Part shown: one piece after another, positions 9,087-19,786 of the stretch
Position numbering within the stretch: position 1 is the stretch's first letter
Layout of the letters: each line of letters starts with the position of its first letter
Notes under the pieces: model-generated
Database searches by the model: none
What the model saw: only the letters and a program-made list of their open reading frames with translations
What the model was told of the DNA's origin: nothing
Position numbers and translations under genes: made by a program
Assembly (NCBI GenBank): GCA_035361425.1
Contig: DAOSCP010000012.1
Span: 20,633 to 84,632, forward strand
DNA length: 64,000 nt
Direction of reading: 5' to 3'
From: Ignavibacteriales bacterium
GTDB lineage: Bacteria; Bacteroidota; Ignavibacteria; Ignavibacteriales; DAOSCP01

Positions 9087-10745
9087 TCAAAAAAATAATA
9101 AAATCAAAAGTTGTGCAAATAGTATTCTTAAAAAAGTTACAAATGGGTAAACTGTTGCATATGTTAAAGCTGCATGATCACTACCATGTAATGATTGTGC
9201 ATAAGCTAAAGCAGGCGGATCTGTTGTTACCCCTGCCATCATTCCAATTAATGAAAGATAATTCACATTGTAAAATTTATATGCAACAATTCCTAATATC
9301 AAAAGTGGAAGCATTGTAATAATTAAACTATAGCTTATGTATTGAATTCCAACTTTACTAAATAGTATTACAAAATAATCCGCTCCAACATTCAAGCCAA
9401 CACTTGAAAGAAAGAATAATATTCCTAAATCTCTGAGCATGAGATTAACGCCCGGGGTCATATAATTTTTTATACCTAAATAAGGACTATATTTGGAAAG
9501 TAATAATGCTACAATAATAGTTCCACCTGCAGCTCCTAATTTAAAAGCAGCTGGTAATCCAGGAATATTAAAAGGAATAGAACCAAGTGTTATACCTAAA
9601 ATAATACCTAAAAAAATTGGAATTATATTTGGTTCATAAAGCTTCTTTTGAGAATGTCCAAAAGCTTTTACAATTTCTTGAATGCCATCCTCATCTCCTA
9701 CAACTCTTATAATATCACCAAATTGTAGAGATAAATTAGGATCAGGTAAAATTTCCAATCCCATTCTGTATACTCGTGTAATTGTAACACCATATTTATT
9801 AATAATATCAAGATTTTTTAATGGTATATTTAATACATCTTTATGAGTTACTATAACCTTACGAGATGTCACCTGTGCGTTTGTTTTGGTCAAATCTTTA
9901 TCTACAACCTCACCAATAAAGTTAACAATATAATCTATTGAATTACTATCTGTAACTATTGCTAATAAATCATTTAATCTCACAATTGTATCTTTATTAG
10001 GAGTTATAACCTGATTATCTTTTTCAATACGAGATATAACAAAGTTTTTATTTACTTTATTTTTAAATTCTCCTATTGATATATTATTTAATTCTTGATT
10101 AGATACTTTTATAGTTTTTCTTACAATCTGAACTTTATCTTCTTTTTGTTTTATCTTATTAAATTCATTGTTAGTATCAATATTAAATAATTTTTTTATA
10201 ATAATTATTGAGAGTATAATACCCAAAATACCAAATGGGTAAACAATAGCATAACCCAGTCCTAAATTTTTTAAATGCAATTCAGTATTTTGTCCAATTT
10301 CTTTAATAACTTGCTGGGCAGCACCTAACCCCGGGGTGTTTGTTATAGCACCCTGCAAAATACCAACAGCAATTGATATATCTAAGTTGAAAATATATTT
10401 AAGCATCAATACAACTAGAACACTCATAAAAACTGTAAAAAATGCAAAAAGATTAAAAATTATCCCCTGCTTTTTAAATGAGTTGAAAAATGCAGGTCCT
10501 AATTGATAACCAAGTGCATAAACAAAAAGGATTAATCCAAATTCTTTAAGGAACTCTAAGTGCTCTTTATTTACATCAAAACCTATACTTTTAAAAAATA
10601 TACCAATAAATAAAGCAAATGCTATTCCAAAAGAAACACCATAAATTTTTATTCGGCTTAATAAAATACCTATTAAAATCACTAATGAATAAATTAATAA
10701 TGTTCGCAATGCCTCTGATGTTATAAAAGCATTTAATAATTCCAT
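9087..10745 (-). CDS. Putative transporter of the YidE/YbjL/AspT family (duplicated membrane domain flanking two TrkA-C-like cytoplasmic domains).
   Basis: 552 aa. It has about 5 transmembrane helices at each end and a soluble central region (..VISRIEKDNQVITPNKDTIVRLNDLLAIV.. and ..ITRVYRMGLEILPDPNLSLQFGDIIRVVG..), which looks like a pair of TrkA-C/RCK_C folds. Confidence 0.6.
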   Translation of the reverse strand: MELLNAFITSEALRTLLIYSLVILIGILLSRIKIYGVSFGIAFALFIGIFFKSIGFDVNKEHLEFLKEFGLILFVYALGYQLGPAFFNSFKKQGIIFNLFAFFTVFMSVLVVLMLKYIFNLDISIAVGILQGAITNTPGLGAAQQVIKEIGQNTELHLKNLGLGYAIVYPFGILGIILSIIIIKKLFNIDTNNEFNKIKQKEDKVQIVRKTIKVSNQELNNISIGEFKNKVNKNFVISRIEKDNQVITPNKDTIVRLNDLLAIVTDSNSIDYIVNFIGEVVDKDLTKTNAQVTSRKVIVTHKDVLNIPLKNLDIINKYGVTITRVYRMGLEILPDPNLSLQFGDIIRVVGDEDGIQEIVKAFGHSQKKLYEPNIIPIFLGIILGITLGSIPFNIPGLPAAFKLGAAGGTIIVALLLSKYSPYLGIKNYMTPGVNLMLRDLGILFFLSSVGLNVGADYFVILFSKVGIQYISYSLIITMLPLLILGIVAYKFYNVNYLSLIGMMAGVTTDPPALAYAQSLHGSDHAALTYATVYPFVTFLRILFAQLLILLFF

Positions 10746-10760
10746 TATTTCTACTCCTAA

Positions 10761-11513
10761 TTAAATATTTGGGAAATTATATTTTTTTCTTAAAATTTCA
10801 TACTCTTTTTTGGGCACCTGTATTAATATAGGATTTAATTTACTATCCAAACTTTGTAATAATTCCAGAGCAGCATCTTCACTTAAAGATGTGCAGCCCA
10901 TAGTTGGTTCATATCTTTCTGGATTTTTTTTATCTTTTATCCAAAGATGTATAAAGATACAAGAACCTCCATATTTTACAATATTTTCTGTATTATGCTC
11001 AACTACAATACAATATTTGTAAGCATCAGATTTTAATTTTAATCTTTCTTTTCTTTTCCAATCTATTTGTTTAATTGTATCAACATCAACTAACATATTA
11101 TAAAATTGAGAGTTAGGGTCATCTATGCAAAAAGTTGTTGTATCAGATGTAAAATAATCAATTTTTAATTTTAACGAATCTTTAGGTAAATATCCAAATG
11201 CACGATAAATTTTAAATATTCCTGCTGGGGCACAGCTATCACCTTCTTTTTTAATTTTACCTTTTATATACTCATCTGATAACAATCCCCTTCCCCAGGC
11301 TAAACCTTTATGACCAAAAACAATATCAATATTATCAATTTTCTTTATCCAATCACCATCTACTTTATCAAATAAATACATTTTAGCATTAATATCTTCC
11401 CAATTCTCACTCACAACAACAACAAGGTGCTTTGATTTCAAGATATAATCAGTTTGAGCAAATACAGCAGCTGAAATTATCAAATAAATTAATATTTTTT
11501 GAATTTTTTCCAT
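10761..11513 (-). CDS. Secreted L,D-transpeptidase-fold (YkuD-like, COG3786-type) protein.
   Basis: 250 aa with a signal peptide (ILIYLIISAAVFAQ). The C-terminal segment ..GGSCIFIHLW....PTMGCTSLSEDAALELL.. matches the His...Gly-Cys catalytic signature region of YkuD-type enzymes. Confidence 0.5.
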   Translation of the reverse strand: MEKIQKILIYLIISAAVFAQTDYILKSKHLVVVVSENWEDINAKMYLFDKVDGDWIKKIDNIDIVFGHKGLAWGRGLLSDEYIKGKIKKEGDSCAPAGIFKIYRAFGYLPKDSLKLKIDYFTSDTTTFCIDDPNSQFYNMLVDVDTIKQIDWKRKERLKLKSDAYKYCIVVEHNTENIVKYGGSCIFIHLWIKDKKNPERYEPTMGCTSLSEDAALELLQSLDSKLNPILIQVPKKEYEILRKKYNFPNI

Positions 11514-12769
11514 AATGCTTTTAATCTATCTTTTAAATTTTTTTCTTGTCCTAATTCTGTAGGGTAATAATATTGAGTATTCTCCATCTCTTTTGGGAAA
11601 AAATTCATCTCATAAAAATGATTTTCATAATCATGTGCGTAGTGATATCCTTTACCATATCCAAAATCTGCCATTAGTTTTGTAACAGGATTTCTTAAAT
11701 AAGTAGGCACAGGATAAATTTTTCCATTTCTAACATCCTCAAGCGCTTTATCGATGGCAAGATATGCTGCATTACTTTTGGGAGCAGATGCAAGATAAGT
11801 TGCACATTGTGATAAAATTATTCGTGCTTCCGGCATGCCTATTTTACTAACAGCATCAAATGTTGCATTTGCAAGTAATAAAGCATTAGGAGACGCATTT
11901 CCAACATCCTCAGAGGCCAATATTATCATTCTTCTTGCGATAAACAAAGGATCTTCGCCTGCTTCTAACATCCTGGCCATATAATAAAGAGCAGCATCTG
12001 GATCACTTCCCCTTAAGCTTTTGATAAATGCGGAAATTAGATTATAATATTCTTCGCCATCTTTGTCGTAGTATAACTTTTTGTTTTGTATAATAAGATC
12101 AATTTTTTCTTTGTCAACAACAATTTCATCTTCATTATTGTAATTAATTACCATCTCTAATGTATTTAGTAAACTTCTCGCATCCCCGCCTGAAATATAA
12201 GCAAGATATTCTTTGTCAATAAATTTGATATTCTTATTTTTCAATAATTCATCTGACGCTAGTGCTTTATCGATAATTTTAACTAAATCATCAAATGATA
12301 AAGGATTTAATTTGTAAATCTGGCAACGAGAAAGTAAAGGAGAAATAACCTCAAAAGAAGGATTTTCGGTAGTAGCTCCAATTAGCGTAATTAAACCTTT
12401 TTCGACAGAATCCAACAATGCATCTTGTTGAGATTTATTGAAACGATGTATCTCATCTATAAATAGAATTGTTTTTTTCTGGAATAGTGAATTCTGTTTA
12501 GCTTTTTCAATGATATCTCTAATTTCTTTAACACCAGAAGAAACTGCATTGATTTGATAAAAATCGGCATCAAAATTGTTTGAAATAATTCGGGCAATTG
12601 TAGTTTTACCGCAACCTGGAGGTCCCCATAATATAAAAGAAGGAATAAATTTACCTTCAACAATAACACTCAAAGGTTTTCCATTGCCTATCAAATGGTC
12701 CTGCCCAATTATATCATCTATTTTATTAGGACGCATTCTTTCGGCTAAAGGTTTATCTATCAACTCCAC
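11489..12769 (-). CDS. rarA: Replication-associated recombination protein A (AAA+ ATPase, MgsA/RarA).
   Basis: 426 aa with a GTG start. Walker A is GPPGCGKTT, Walker B is ILFIDEIHRFNKSQQD, and the MgsA C-terminal domain is present (GSDPDAALYYMARMLEAGEDPLFIARR). Confidence 0.9.
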   Translation of the reverse strand: MELIDKPLAERMRPNKIDDIIGQDHLIGNGKPLSVIVEGKFIPSFILWGPPGCGKTTIARIISNNFDADFYQINAVSSGVKEIRDIIEKAKQNSLFQKKTILFIDEIHRFNKSQQDALLDSVEKGLITLIGATTENPSFEVISPLLSRCQIYKLNPLSFDDLVKIIDKALASDELLKNKNIKFIDKEYLAYISGGDARSLLNTLEMVINYNNEDEIVVDKEKIDLIIQNKKLYYDKDGEEYYNLISAFIKSLRGSDPDAALYYMARMLEAGEDPLFIARRMIILASEDVGNASPNALLLANATFDAVSKIGMPEARIILSQCATYLASAPKSNAAYLAIDKALEDVRNGKIYPVPTYLRNPVTKLMADFGYGKGYHYAHDYENHFYEMNFFPKEMENTQYYYPTELGQEKNLKDRLKALWKKFKKY

Positions 12770-13083
12770 TATTTTTCCTTAATTTTGATAACTTTTTCGT
12801 CTGGTTTACTCATTTCGTATTTTTCGCGTGCAAGTTTTTCAATTATCTTTAATGCCTCTTTAGAGTTTAAATTTTGGAAAACTTTTTCTTTGTATCTTAA
12901 CTCTTCTAATTCTTTTTCTTTTTGTTTTTTTAATTCAATTAATTGTTGTTTTTCTTGCTGTGCCTGATAGTATGCTAAAAGTCCCGATTTATTAAAAAGT
13001 ATTATTGATGTACAAATTATAAATACTAAAATAAAAATATAAATTTTTACTCGTGCTGTTAAAAAACTTTGTCTTTTAGCCAT
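12769..13083 (-). CDS. Septum formation initiator family protein (FtsB/DivIC-like).
   Basis: 104 aa with an N-terminal transmembrane helix, a coiled coil (QQEKQQLIELKKQKEKELEEL), and the IEKLAREKYEMSKPDEKVI motif characteristic of the family. Confidence 0.65.
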   Translation of the reverse strand: MAKRQSFLTARVKIYIFILVFIICTSIILFNKSGLLAYYQAQQEKQQLIELKKQKEKELEELRYKEKVFQNLNSKEALKIIEKLAREKYEMSKPDEKVIKIKEK

Positions 13084-13086
13084 AAA

Positions 13087-14073
13087 TTATCTAGCCAAAT
13101 TAATAATTTTTTCTACTAATTGTTCATATGAAATCCCAACAGCGTTTGCCATTTTAGGAAACAAGCTGGTTTCTGTTAACCCAGGCAAAGCATTAATTTC
13201 AAGGCAATAGGGATTGCCCAATGAATCAACAATAAAGTCCACTCGCGGAAAACCATAAGTATCAATCGAATGAACTGCTTTATATGCTAAATCTTGTAAT
13301 TTTTTGCTGATTTCTTCCGGAATTTCCGCAGGAACAATATATTCTGTCATTCCCTTTGTATATTTACATTCAAAATCATAGAATTCGTGTTTAGGTTTGA
13401 TTTCTAAAACAGGTAAAACTTCATCGCCTAAAACACCAACTGTAAACTCACGGCCTTTAATAAACTCTTCAACTATTATTTCGTTTGAATACTTAGCAGC
13501 ATATTGAATTGAGTTCTCCATATCTTCTTTATTATTACAAATAGTCATACCAACAGATGAGCCTTCACTTTTTGGTTTTACAATAAATGGAAAACCTATA
13601 TTTTTCTCAATTTCACTATAAATACTCTCTTTTTGTAAATTTAAATCAAAAGCTAACCATCTGGGAGTAGGAATTCCGTTTTTTTCAAAAATAATTTTAG
13701 AAATTTTTTTGTTCATTGATAAAGCACAAGAAAAAGAACGAGAACCAGTATATTTAATACCGAGAGTTTCCATTATACTTTGGATTAATCCATCTTCACC
13801 ATAAGTGCCGTGCAAGATAATAAAGGCAACATCAATAGATTTAAATATTTCAAGTGAAAAAGTTTTAACAAAATTAGATTTTTCAATTACATCTAATTTT
13901 TTTGTAAAATAATCTTCATTATTTTCGTATTGATTGATACCTAATGCAGGATCAATAACTCTTAAATTATATTTTGGATTATCCTTTAAAGCATTATAAA
14001 CACCAAAACCAGATTTTAGCGATATTTCTCTTTCAGATGATACACCGCCAACAATTAATGCAAGATTTATCAT
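13087..14073 (-). CDS. ddl: D-alanine--D-alanine ligase.
   Basis: 328 aa. It has the ATP-grasp layout (GGVSSEREISL.. N-terminus, HGTYGEDG, FIVKPKSEGSSVGM, EINALPGLT). Confidence 0.9.
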   Translation of the reverse strand: MINLALIVGGVSSEREISLKSGFGVYNALKDNPKYNLRVIDPALGINQYENNEDYFTKKLDVIEKSNFVKTFSLEIFKSIDVAFIILHGTYGEDGLIQSIMETLGIKYTGSRSFSCALSMNKKISKIIFEKNGIPTPRWLAFDLNLQKESIYSEIEKNIGFPFIVKPKSEGSSVGMTICNNKEDMENSIQYAAKYSNEIIVEEFIKGREFTVGVLGDEVLPVLEIKPKHEFYDFECKYTKGMTEYIVPAEIPEEISKKLQDLAYKAVHSIDTYGFPRVDFIVDSLGNPYCLEINALPGLTETSLFPKMANAVGISYEQLVEKIINLAR

Positions 14074-14075
14074 AA

Positions 14076-14708
14076 TTAACTCTTATAAACTGTTTGTGCA
14101 ATAATTTTTAAATGTTCCAATTGCTGTTCGGAAAGTTTATTAATATTTCCAAACTTAAGAACTTCTGTATAAATTTTAGCAAAATGTTCAAATTTTTCTA
14201 ACCTAAAATAAGCTTCTTCAATATTTCTACCTGCAACAACTATACCATGATTTTGGAGAATAACAACATTTTTATCAATATGCTTCAGCAAACTTTGCGC
14301 CAACTCTTTAGTAGATGGAGTTTGATATTCACATATTCCAACTTCGCCAATATTTAAATAAACTTCAGGGAAAATTTCAACTTCAATTCTATCGATATTA
14401 ATAACTGCCAAAACTGATGAGTATACTGGATGAGCGTGAATTACAGCATTTATATCCTGTCTGTTCTGATAATAAATTGAATGTATTTTATATTCTGTGG
14501 ATGGTCGATGTTCTCCACTAATTAAATTCCCATCGTAATCAATCACAACAATATCATTTAAATCTAATTCACCCTTACATTTAGCAGTTCTAGTTATATA
14601 AAAAGAGGAATTATCATTTCTCAGCGAAATATTGCCATCATAAGCACTGACAAATCCTTTATCGTAAAATTTTTTCCCAATTTCTATTATTTTATATTTT
14701 TTTTGCAT
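14076..14708 (-). CDS. Class II aldolase/adducin family protein (FucA / MtnB-like).
   Basis: 210 aa with the metal-binding region ..AVIHAHPVYSSVLA.. and the ILQNHGIVVAG motif. Confidence 0.75.
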   Translation of the reverse strand: MQKKYKIIEIGKKFYDKGFVSAYDGNISLRNDNSSFYITRTAKCKGELDLNDIVVIDYDGNLISGEHRPSTEYKIHSIYYQNRQDINAVIHAHPVYSSVLAVINIDRIEVEIFPEVYLNIGEVGICEYQTPSTKELAQSLLKHIDKNVVILQNHGIVVAGRNIEEAYFRLEKFEHFAKIYTEVLKFGNINKLSEQQLEHLKIIAQTVYKS

Positions 14709-15693
14709 TATTTAGAATTTCCACAATAACTTTAACATCATTTATAGAAGTTTGGAAAGTAAAAGGCTCATACTCTTTACGATTTAGAATTGTTCGTTGA
14801 ATATCTCTTAATTCAAGTAGTAGATTATTATTCTTTTTTCTAAAAAGCATCTTAAGTTGTCCTTCTTGTTGTATAAGCATTTTTGCTTTACCAGTTCTAT
14901 TGTGAACTAAATCATCAATAACTATATACCCCTCATGTCCAATAATTTTGATAGAATTAAGTGGCTTTTTAGCACAAAATCCTAAAGTGATGTTGGCAAA
15001 AGCATCATTTTGTAATTTTAATTGTATAGATGCAAAATCTTCAATTTCTTGTTTGTAAATTAAATTTCCGACATACGAACTATAAAGATCATAATCCCCC
15101 AATAAAAATCGAACCAAAGAAAGCAAATGAGGTGCTAAATCATAAACAGGTCCGCCTCCAGCATTAGCGTCATAACGATAATTGTTATTAGGTGGATAAT
15201 TGGTTAAATAATCGACATCAATTTTTAAAACCTTGCCTATAAAGTTATTATCAATCAATTCCTTGGCTTTATTTAATAATGGATGATAAAGATATGGTAA
15301 ATTTACAAACACAAATGAATTATATTGATTTTGTAAATTAGCTATTTCATCGGCTTGTTCTTTTGTTAAAACCAATGGTTTTTCGCATAAAATATATTTA
15401 AATTTTTTAATAGCTTCCTTTAAATGTAGATAATGTTCATCATTTCTTGAAGATATATAAACAGCATCTATATTACAATTTAGAAATTCATCAAGATTAT
15501 TATAATATTCTGGGATTGAGTATTTTTGTGAAATAAATTTTGCTCTTTCATTATCTTTACTATAAACAGCTTTAATTTTAGCTGTTTTTAATTTTTGGAA
15601 AGTTGGGATAAATGTATTTTCTGCATAATTACCACACCCAATTATCCCCCAATTAACTTGTTTAATAGCAAAATTTCCAATAAATGTTTTCAT
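14692..15693 (-). CDS. Gfo/Idh/MocA family oxidoreductase.
   Basis: 333 aa with an N-terminal Rossmann motif (WGIIGCGNYAENTFIPTF) and the conserved EKP (ILCEKPLVLT). Confidence 0.8.
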   Translation of the reverse strand: MKTFIGNFAIKQVNWGIIGCGNYAENTFIPTFQKLKTAKIKAVYSKDNERAKFISQKYSIPEYYNNLDEFLNCNIDAVYISSRNDEHYLHLKEAIKKFKYILCEKPLVLTKEQADEIANLQNQYNSFVFVNLPYLYHPLLNKAKELIDNNFIGKVLKIDVDYLTNYPPNNNYRYDANAGGGPVYDLAPHLLSLVRFLLGDYDLYSSYVGNLIYKQEIEDFASIQLKLQNDAFANITLGFCAKKPLNSIKIIGHEGYIVIDDLVHNRTGKAKMLIQQEGQLKMLFRKKNNNLLLELRDIQRTILNRKEYEPFTFQTSINDVKVIVEILNNAKKI

Positions 15694-16640
15694 AGTTTTA
15701 ATTTATCCATTAATATTTTAATAGGTCTGGTATTCAACATAACATAAAAATGAATTAAATTATATCCATTTTTAAATAAATCTTCAATTTGCTTTAACGA
15801 CCAATCGACTCCAATATTCATAACATCTTCAGGTTGTGCATGATAAATTTTATTAACTAATTCATTTGGTATATCAATATAAAAATTTTTAGGAATTGTT
15901 GTTAATTGGGTCTTTGTAGTTATTATTTTAAGTCCGGGTATAATAGGCACATTAATCCCTTTTTTTCTACATAAATCAACAAAATTATAAAATTTATCAT
16001 TATCGTAAAACATTTGAGTAACAATATAATCTGCACCAGCGTCAACCTTGGCTTTAAGAAAATCTATATCAATATCTAAATTAGGTGCTTCAAAATGTTT
16101 TTCTGGATATCCAGCAACACCAATACAAAAATCTGATTTTTCAGCATTTAATAAATCTTTTTCAAGATATATACCATTATTCAAATCTTTAATTTGCTTT
16201 ACTAAATCAATAGCGTAATTATTAATAGATCTACCTGATGAAACTTCTTTTTTAAAAGATGGTTCATCCCCCCTTAATGCAAGCACATTTTGAATTCCTA
16301 AATATCGCAATTCAATCAAAAAATCTTCTGTTTCTTCTTTAGTAAAGCCATTACACAAAATATGTGGAACAGCATCAATATTATATTTATTCTGAATAAG
16401 TGCGCAAATCCCTAGTGTGCCTGGCCTTTTTCTTTTTACTTTTCTTTGAACACCATTCAAAGTTTCTTCATATATTACCTCTGCAGAATGGCTTGTGACA
16501 TCTATAAATGGTGGATTGTATAAGGCCAAATCCTGGATAATTCTTTGTAAATCCGAAATATTACCACCTCTTAAAGGGGGAATTATTTCAAAACTTATTC
16601 TTAATTTATCATTACTTTTTATAAAATCTGAAACTTTCAT
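15690..16640 (-). CDS. metF: Methylenetetrahydrofolate reductase.
   Basis: 316 aa. The segments SFEIIPPLRG, ..DVTSH.., ALRGD and GVAGYPEKH are typical of MetF. Confidence 0.85.
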   Translation of the reverse strand: MKVSDFIKSNDKLRISFEIIPPLRGGNISDLQRIIQDLALYNPPFIDVTSHSAEVIYEETLNGVQRKVKRKRPGTLGICALIQNKYNIDAVPHILCNGFTKEETEDFLIELRYLGIQNVLALRGDEPSFKKEVSSGRSINNYAIDLVKQIKDLNNGIYLEKDLLNAEKSDFCIGVAGYPEKHFEAPNLDIDIDFLKAKVDAGADYIVTQMFYDNDKFYNFVDLCRKKGINVPIIPGLKIITTKTQLTTIPKNFYIDIPNELVNKIYHAQPEDVMNIGVDWSLKQIEDLFKNGYNLIHFYVMLNTRPIKILMDKLKL

Positions 16641-16954
16641 AACTTTAAGAAATTTTTTTGCTAATTTACAAAGTTAAGTTTTTGAAATCAAAATTCAAAG
16701 TGATAAAATTAAAAGATTGCAATTTTTTAATATTATTTTTTGTTATTCATTACTATTAGGGTAATATTCATAATCTGTTACTTGTATGTATTTTGGGCTG
16801 TAGATTTCAAAACCTTTTATAAGGATTGAAGTAAATTAAGATTTTTACAAATCAGCTTTAAAAATATTAAATGTTCAAAAAAAAGGTAATAAAAAAATTT
16901 AATTTGTTTCTAATAAATCTTTGATGTAAATTTACAAAACAAATTAATTACGGA

Positions 16955-19708
16955 GTGAAAATGAAAAAATTATTGTTGCTAATGAGTTTTTTGTTTTTTT
17001 CATTCAATCTTTTAGCACAAGCACCACCATACCCAGAATATTTAGAAAAAATTAATAAAGGTTTAGTCCCCGTTCCTGATGTTCTTGCCAATCCTGATAA
17101 ATATGAAAACTGGGAAGTTAACTGGCCTAAACCAGAATTTAAAGCAAAATTAAAAAAAGCTGGCTTTAATCCAGATCAAACAAATATTTTAACCGGCAAT
17201 GTTAATGTTCTTGTTGTTCTTGTTGATTTTAGTGATAATGTTGCTAAAATACCAGCAACATATTTTGATAATTTAGCTTTTGATACAACCTCTGCAAATC
17301 CGTGGTCTGTTTCAAATTATTACAGAAGTGTTACATATAGAAAAACCAAAATTATTACCCAAAATAAACCAAGTGTTTTAGGTTGGATACGAATGGATAA
17401 AACTTATTCATATTATGTTGGCTCAGATTATGGTCATACAAAATCATCAGAATTTGTTACTGATGTTTTAGCTAAAATAGATGCACAAGTTGATTTCACT
17501 CAATATGATAATGATGGCGATGGTAAAATTGAAGGGTTAATTATAGTTCATGCTGGACCTGGTGCAGAAGTAGGCGCTGCAAATGCAATTTGGTCTCATG
17601 CTGGTTGGGGAACTTATATCCCTGCTTACGATGGAAAAAAAGTTAATCGTTATTCCATTTGCCCTGAAATCTATACAGGTACTACAGCTGTTAAACCAGG
17701 TGTTTTCTGCCACGAATTAGGACATTCTCTTTTTAATTTTATTGATACTTACGATAGACACTCAAATAATAGTGAAGGCTATCAATCTCAAGGGCTTGGT
17801 AACTGGACTTTAATGGCCTCAGGTAGCTATTTAGGAGCAACAACTAACGATGGTTCTAAACCTTGTAGACCAGATTTGTATAATCTCGTTAAATATGGTA
17901 TAATTTCACCTAAATTACTAACTTCTTCTAAAAAAGATATAATTCTTAAACCAGTAAATGATACCTCTCTTATTTATAAAATTCCTTATCAGTCAACGAG
18001 TTCTACTGCAAAAACATATTATCTTGTTGAATATAGAAAAAAAACTGGTATAGATGAAAGAATCCCAGGTGAAGGTGTCTTTATCTACAGAATTGATGAA
18101 AATGTTCAAACTCAAAATGATTACGAATGGATACATGCAAGTGTTAACCCTGCAAATCATACAAACCAAGGACATTATATTGCTGCTTTAATCCAGGCTG
18201 ATGGACTTTATCAATTGGAAAAATCAACTTCCGATGGTGGCAATAGCGGTGATGCTGGTGATCCTTTCCCAGGTTCTACTAATAAAACAGAATATACATT
18301 TGTTACTTTCCCTTCTTCTGTTGATTATGATGGCATAAGACAAACAATAAATATTAGAAATATTACAATTGTATCTAATGATTTAGCTAAATTTGATCTT
18401 GAAAGAGGATTTTTATATTCCCATTCTACTGTTTCTACGCCGATATTACCTAAAACATTTAATGATACTTTATTCGTTGACTTTAAAGTAGCAAATGCAT
18501 CCGGTAATATTACCCAAGTTAATAATGTTGAATTGAAATTTAATAATCAAAATATATCTTTTCCTTCTAATTTTACGCTCCCTACAAACTTGTTAAACAA
18601 TAATTATTTTACAATACCTCTTGCAATAAGCCTTGATAATGCTGGTAACTTTATTGATACACTAAAAATAACTGTTGGAAGTAACGATTTAGCTATTCCA
18701 ATAATTGCCAATATTAAAGAATTTGGTAAAGTAACTGATGATCAAATTTATGTTGTTGCAACTCCAAATTCTCCATTTAAATTATATACTGTTAATAAAA
18801 ACAATGCACAAAATACTTTACTCTATTCATTCCCAACAGAAGCACAACTTCCTCTTATTGCTGTAAACCCACTAAATAGAGAAATTTATGGTTTTATGAA
18901 TTACCAAACTTTATTTAGATATGATTTAAGCAATAATGGATATTACAAGGTTGGAAATTTGCCAGAACAATTAAACTATGCAACATTTAATGATAAAGGT
19001 GAATTATTTGCTGTTACTCAATCGAAAAAATTTGTAAAAGTTAACTTAAAAGATTTAACTTTTGAACAAATAACTAATAAATTGTATCCATTCCAGGCTG
19101 TAGTTTATGATTATCACACCAACAAATTTTATGTTTCATTAACATCAACAATTAACAATATTAAAAATGCACTATATGAATTTGATTTAACCACAGGTGA
19201 TACAATAAGAGTATTTACAAAAAATAACAATAGAATAATAGGCGGAATGGCTAGCGATGGCAATGGTAACTTATATATAATTCCTCCACCAGAAGGATTA
19301 AAATATGCAGATTTATTTAAATATAATATTGCAAATAAAACTTTAGATTCTATTGGAAATATTGGCCTAAGATCAACAAGAAGTATTGTCTATATGCCTT
19401 CAAATGTAACATCAAATGAAAATACTGTTGAAACTTATAAACCAGCAAATTATGAATTATACCAAAATTATCCAAATCCATTCAATCCTACAACAAGCAT
19501 AAAATACACTTTGCCAGTTGATGGATTTGTAAATTTATCTGTTTATAATGTTGTTGGTCAAAAAGTTACAGATTTAGTAAATACATATCAAAAAGCAGGC
19601 ACATATAATATTAGCTTTAATGCTTCTTATTTACCATCAGGTATATATTTTGTAAGAATGAATTCAGATAAATTTACCAAGACAATAAAGATGATACTAA
19701 TGAAATAA
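16955..19708 (+). CDS. M6-family (immune inhibitor A-like) zinc metalloprotease with a T9SS C-terminal sorting domain.
   Basis: 917 aa. GGAG SD, signal peptide, zinc motif VFCHELGHSLF, and the C-terminus ..YQNYPNPFNPTTSIKYTLP...LPSGIYFVRM...KMILMK. Confidence 0.8.
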   Translation: MKMKKLLLLMSFLFFSFNLLAQAPPYPEYLEKINKGLVPVPDVLANPDKYENWEVNWPKPEFKAKLKKAGFNPDQTNILTGNVNVLVVLVDFSDNVAKIPATYFDNLAFDTTSANPWSVSNYYRSVTYRKTKIITQNKPSVLGWIRMDKTYSYYVGSDYGHTKSSEFVTDVLAKIDAQVDFTQYDNDGDGKIEGLIIVHAGPGAEVGAANAIWSHAGWGTYIPAYDGKKVNRYSICPEIYTGTTAVKPGVFCHELGHSLFNFIDTYDRHSNNSEGYQSQGLGNWTLMASGSYLGATTNDGSKPCRPDLYNLVKYGIISPKLLTSSKKDIILKPVNDTSLIYKIPYQSTSSTAKTYYLVEYRKKTGIDERIPGEGVFIYRIDENVQTQNDYEWIHASVNPANHTNQGHYIAALIQADGLYQLEKSTSDGGNSGDAGDPFPGSTNKTEYTFVTFPSSVDYDGIRQTINIRNITIVSNDLAKFDLERGFLYSHSTVSTPILPKTFNDTLFVDFKVANASGNITQVNNVELKFNNQNISFPSNFTLPTNLLNNNYFTIPLAISLDNAGNFIDTLKITVGSNDLAIPIIANIKEFGKVTDDQIYVVATPNSPFKLYTVNKNNAQNTLLYSFPTEAQLPLIAVNPLNREIYGFMNYQTLFRYDLSNNGYYKVGNLPEQLNYATFNDKGELFAVTQSKKFVKVNLKDLTFEQITNKLYPFQAVVYDYHTNKFYVSLTSTINNIKNALYEFDLTTGDTIRVFTKNNNRIIGGMASDGNGNLYIIPPPEGLKYADLFKYNIANKTLDSIGNIGLRSTRSIVYMPSNVTSNENTVETYKPANYELYQNYPNPFNPTTSIKYTLPVDGFVNLSVYNVVGQKVTDLVNTYQKAGTYNISFNASYLPSGIYFVRMNSDKFTKTIKMILMK

Positions 19709-19718
19709 TGCAAACACA

Positions 19719-19750
19719 AAGGCTCGGCGGAACGCCGAGCCTTGTTGTTT
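19719..19750. terminator. Rho-independent terminator between convergent genes.
   Basis: Perfect 11-bp GC-rich stem AAGGCTCGGCG / CGCCGAGCCTT with a 3-nt loop, followed by GTTGTTTT. Confidence 0.8.
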
Positions 19751-19786
19751 TAATTTTAATTTTTAAATTTAAATACAAAAGAATTT

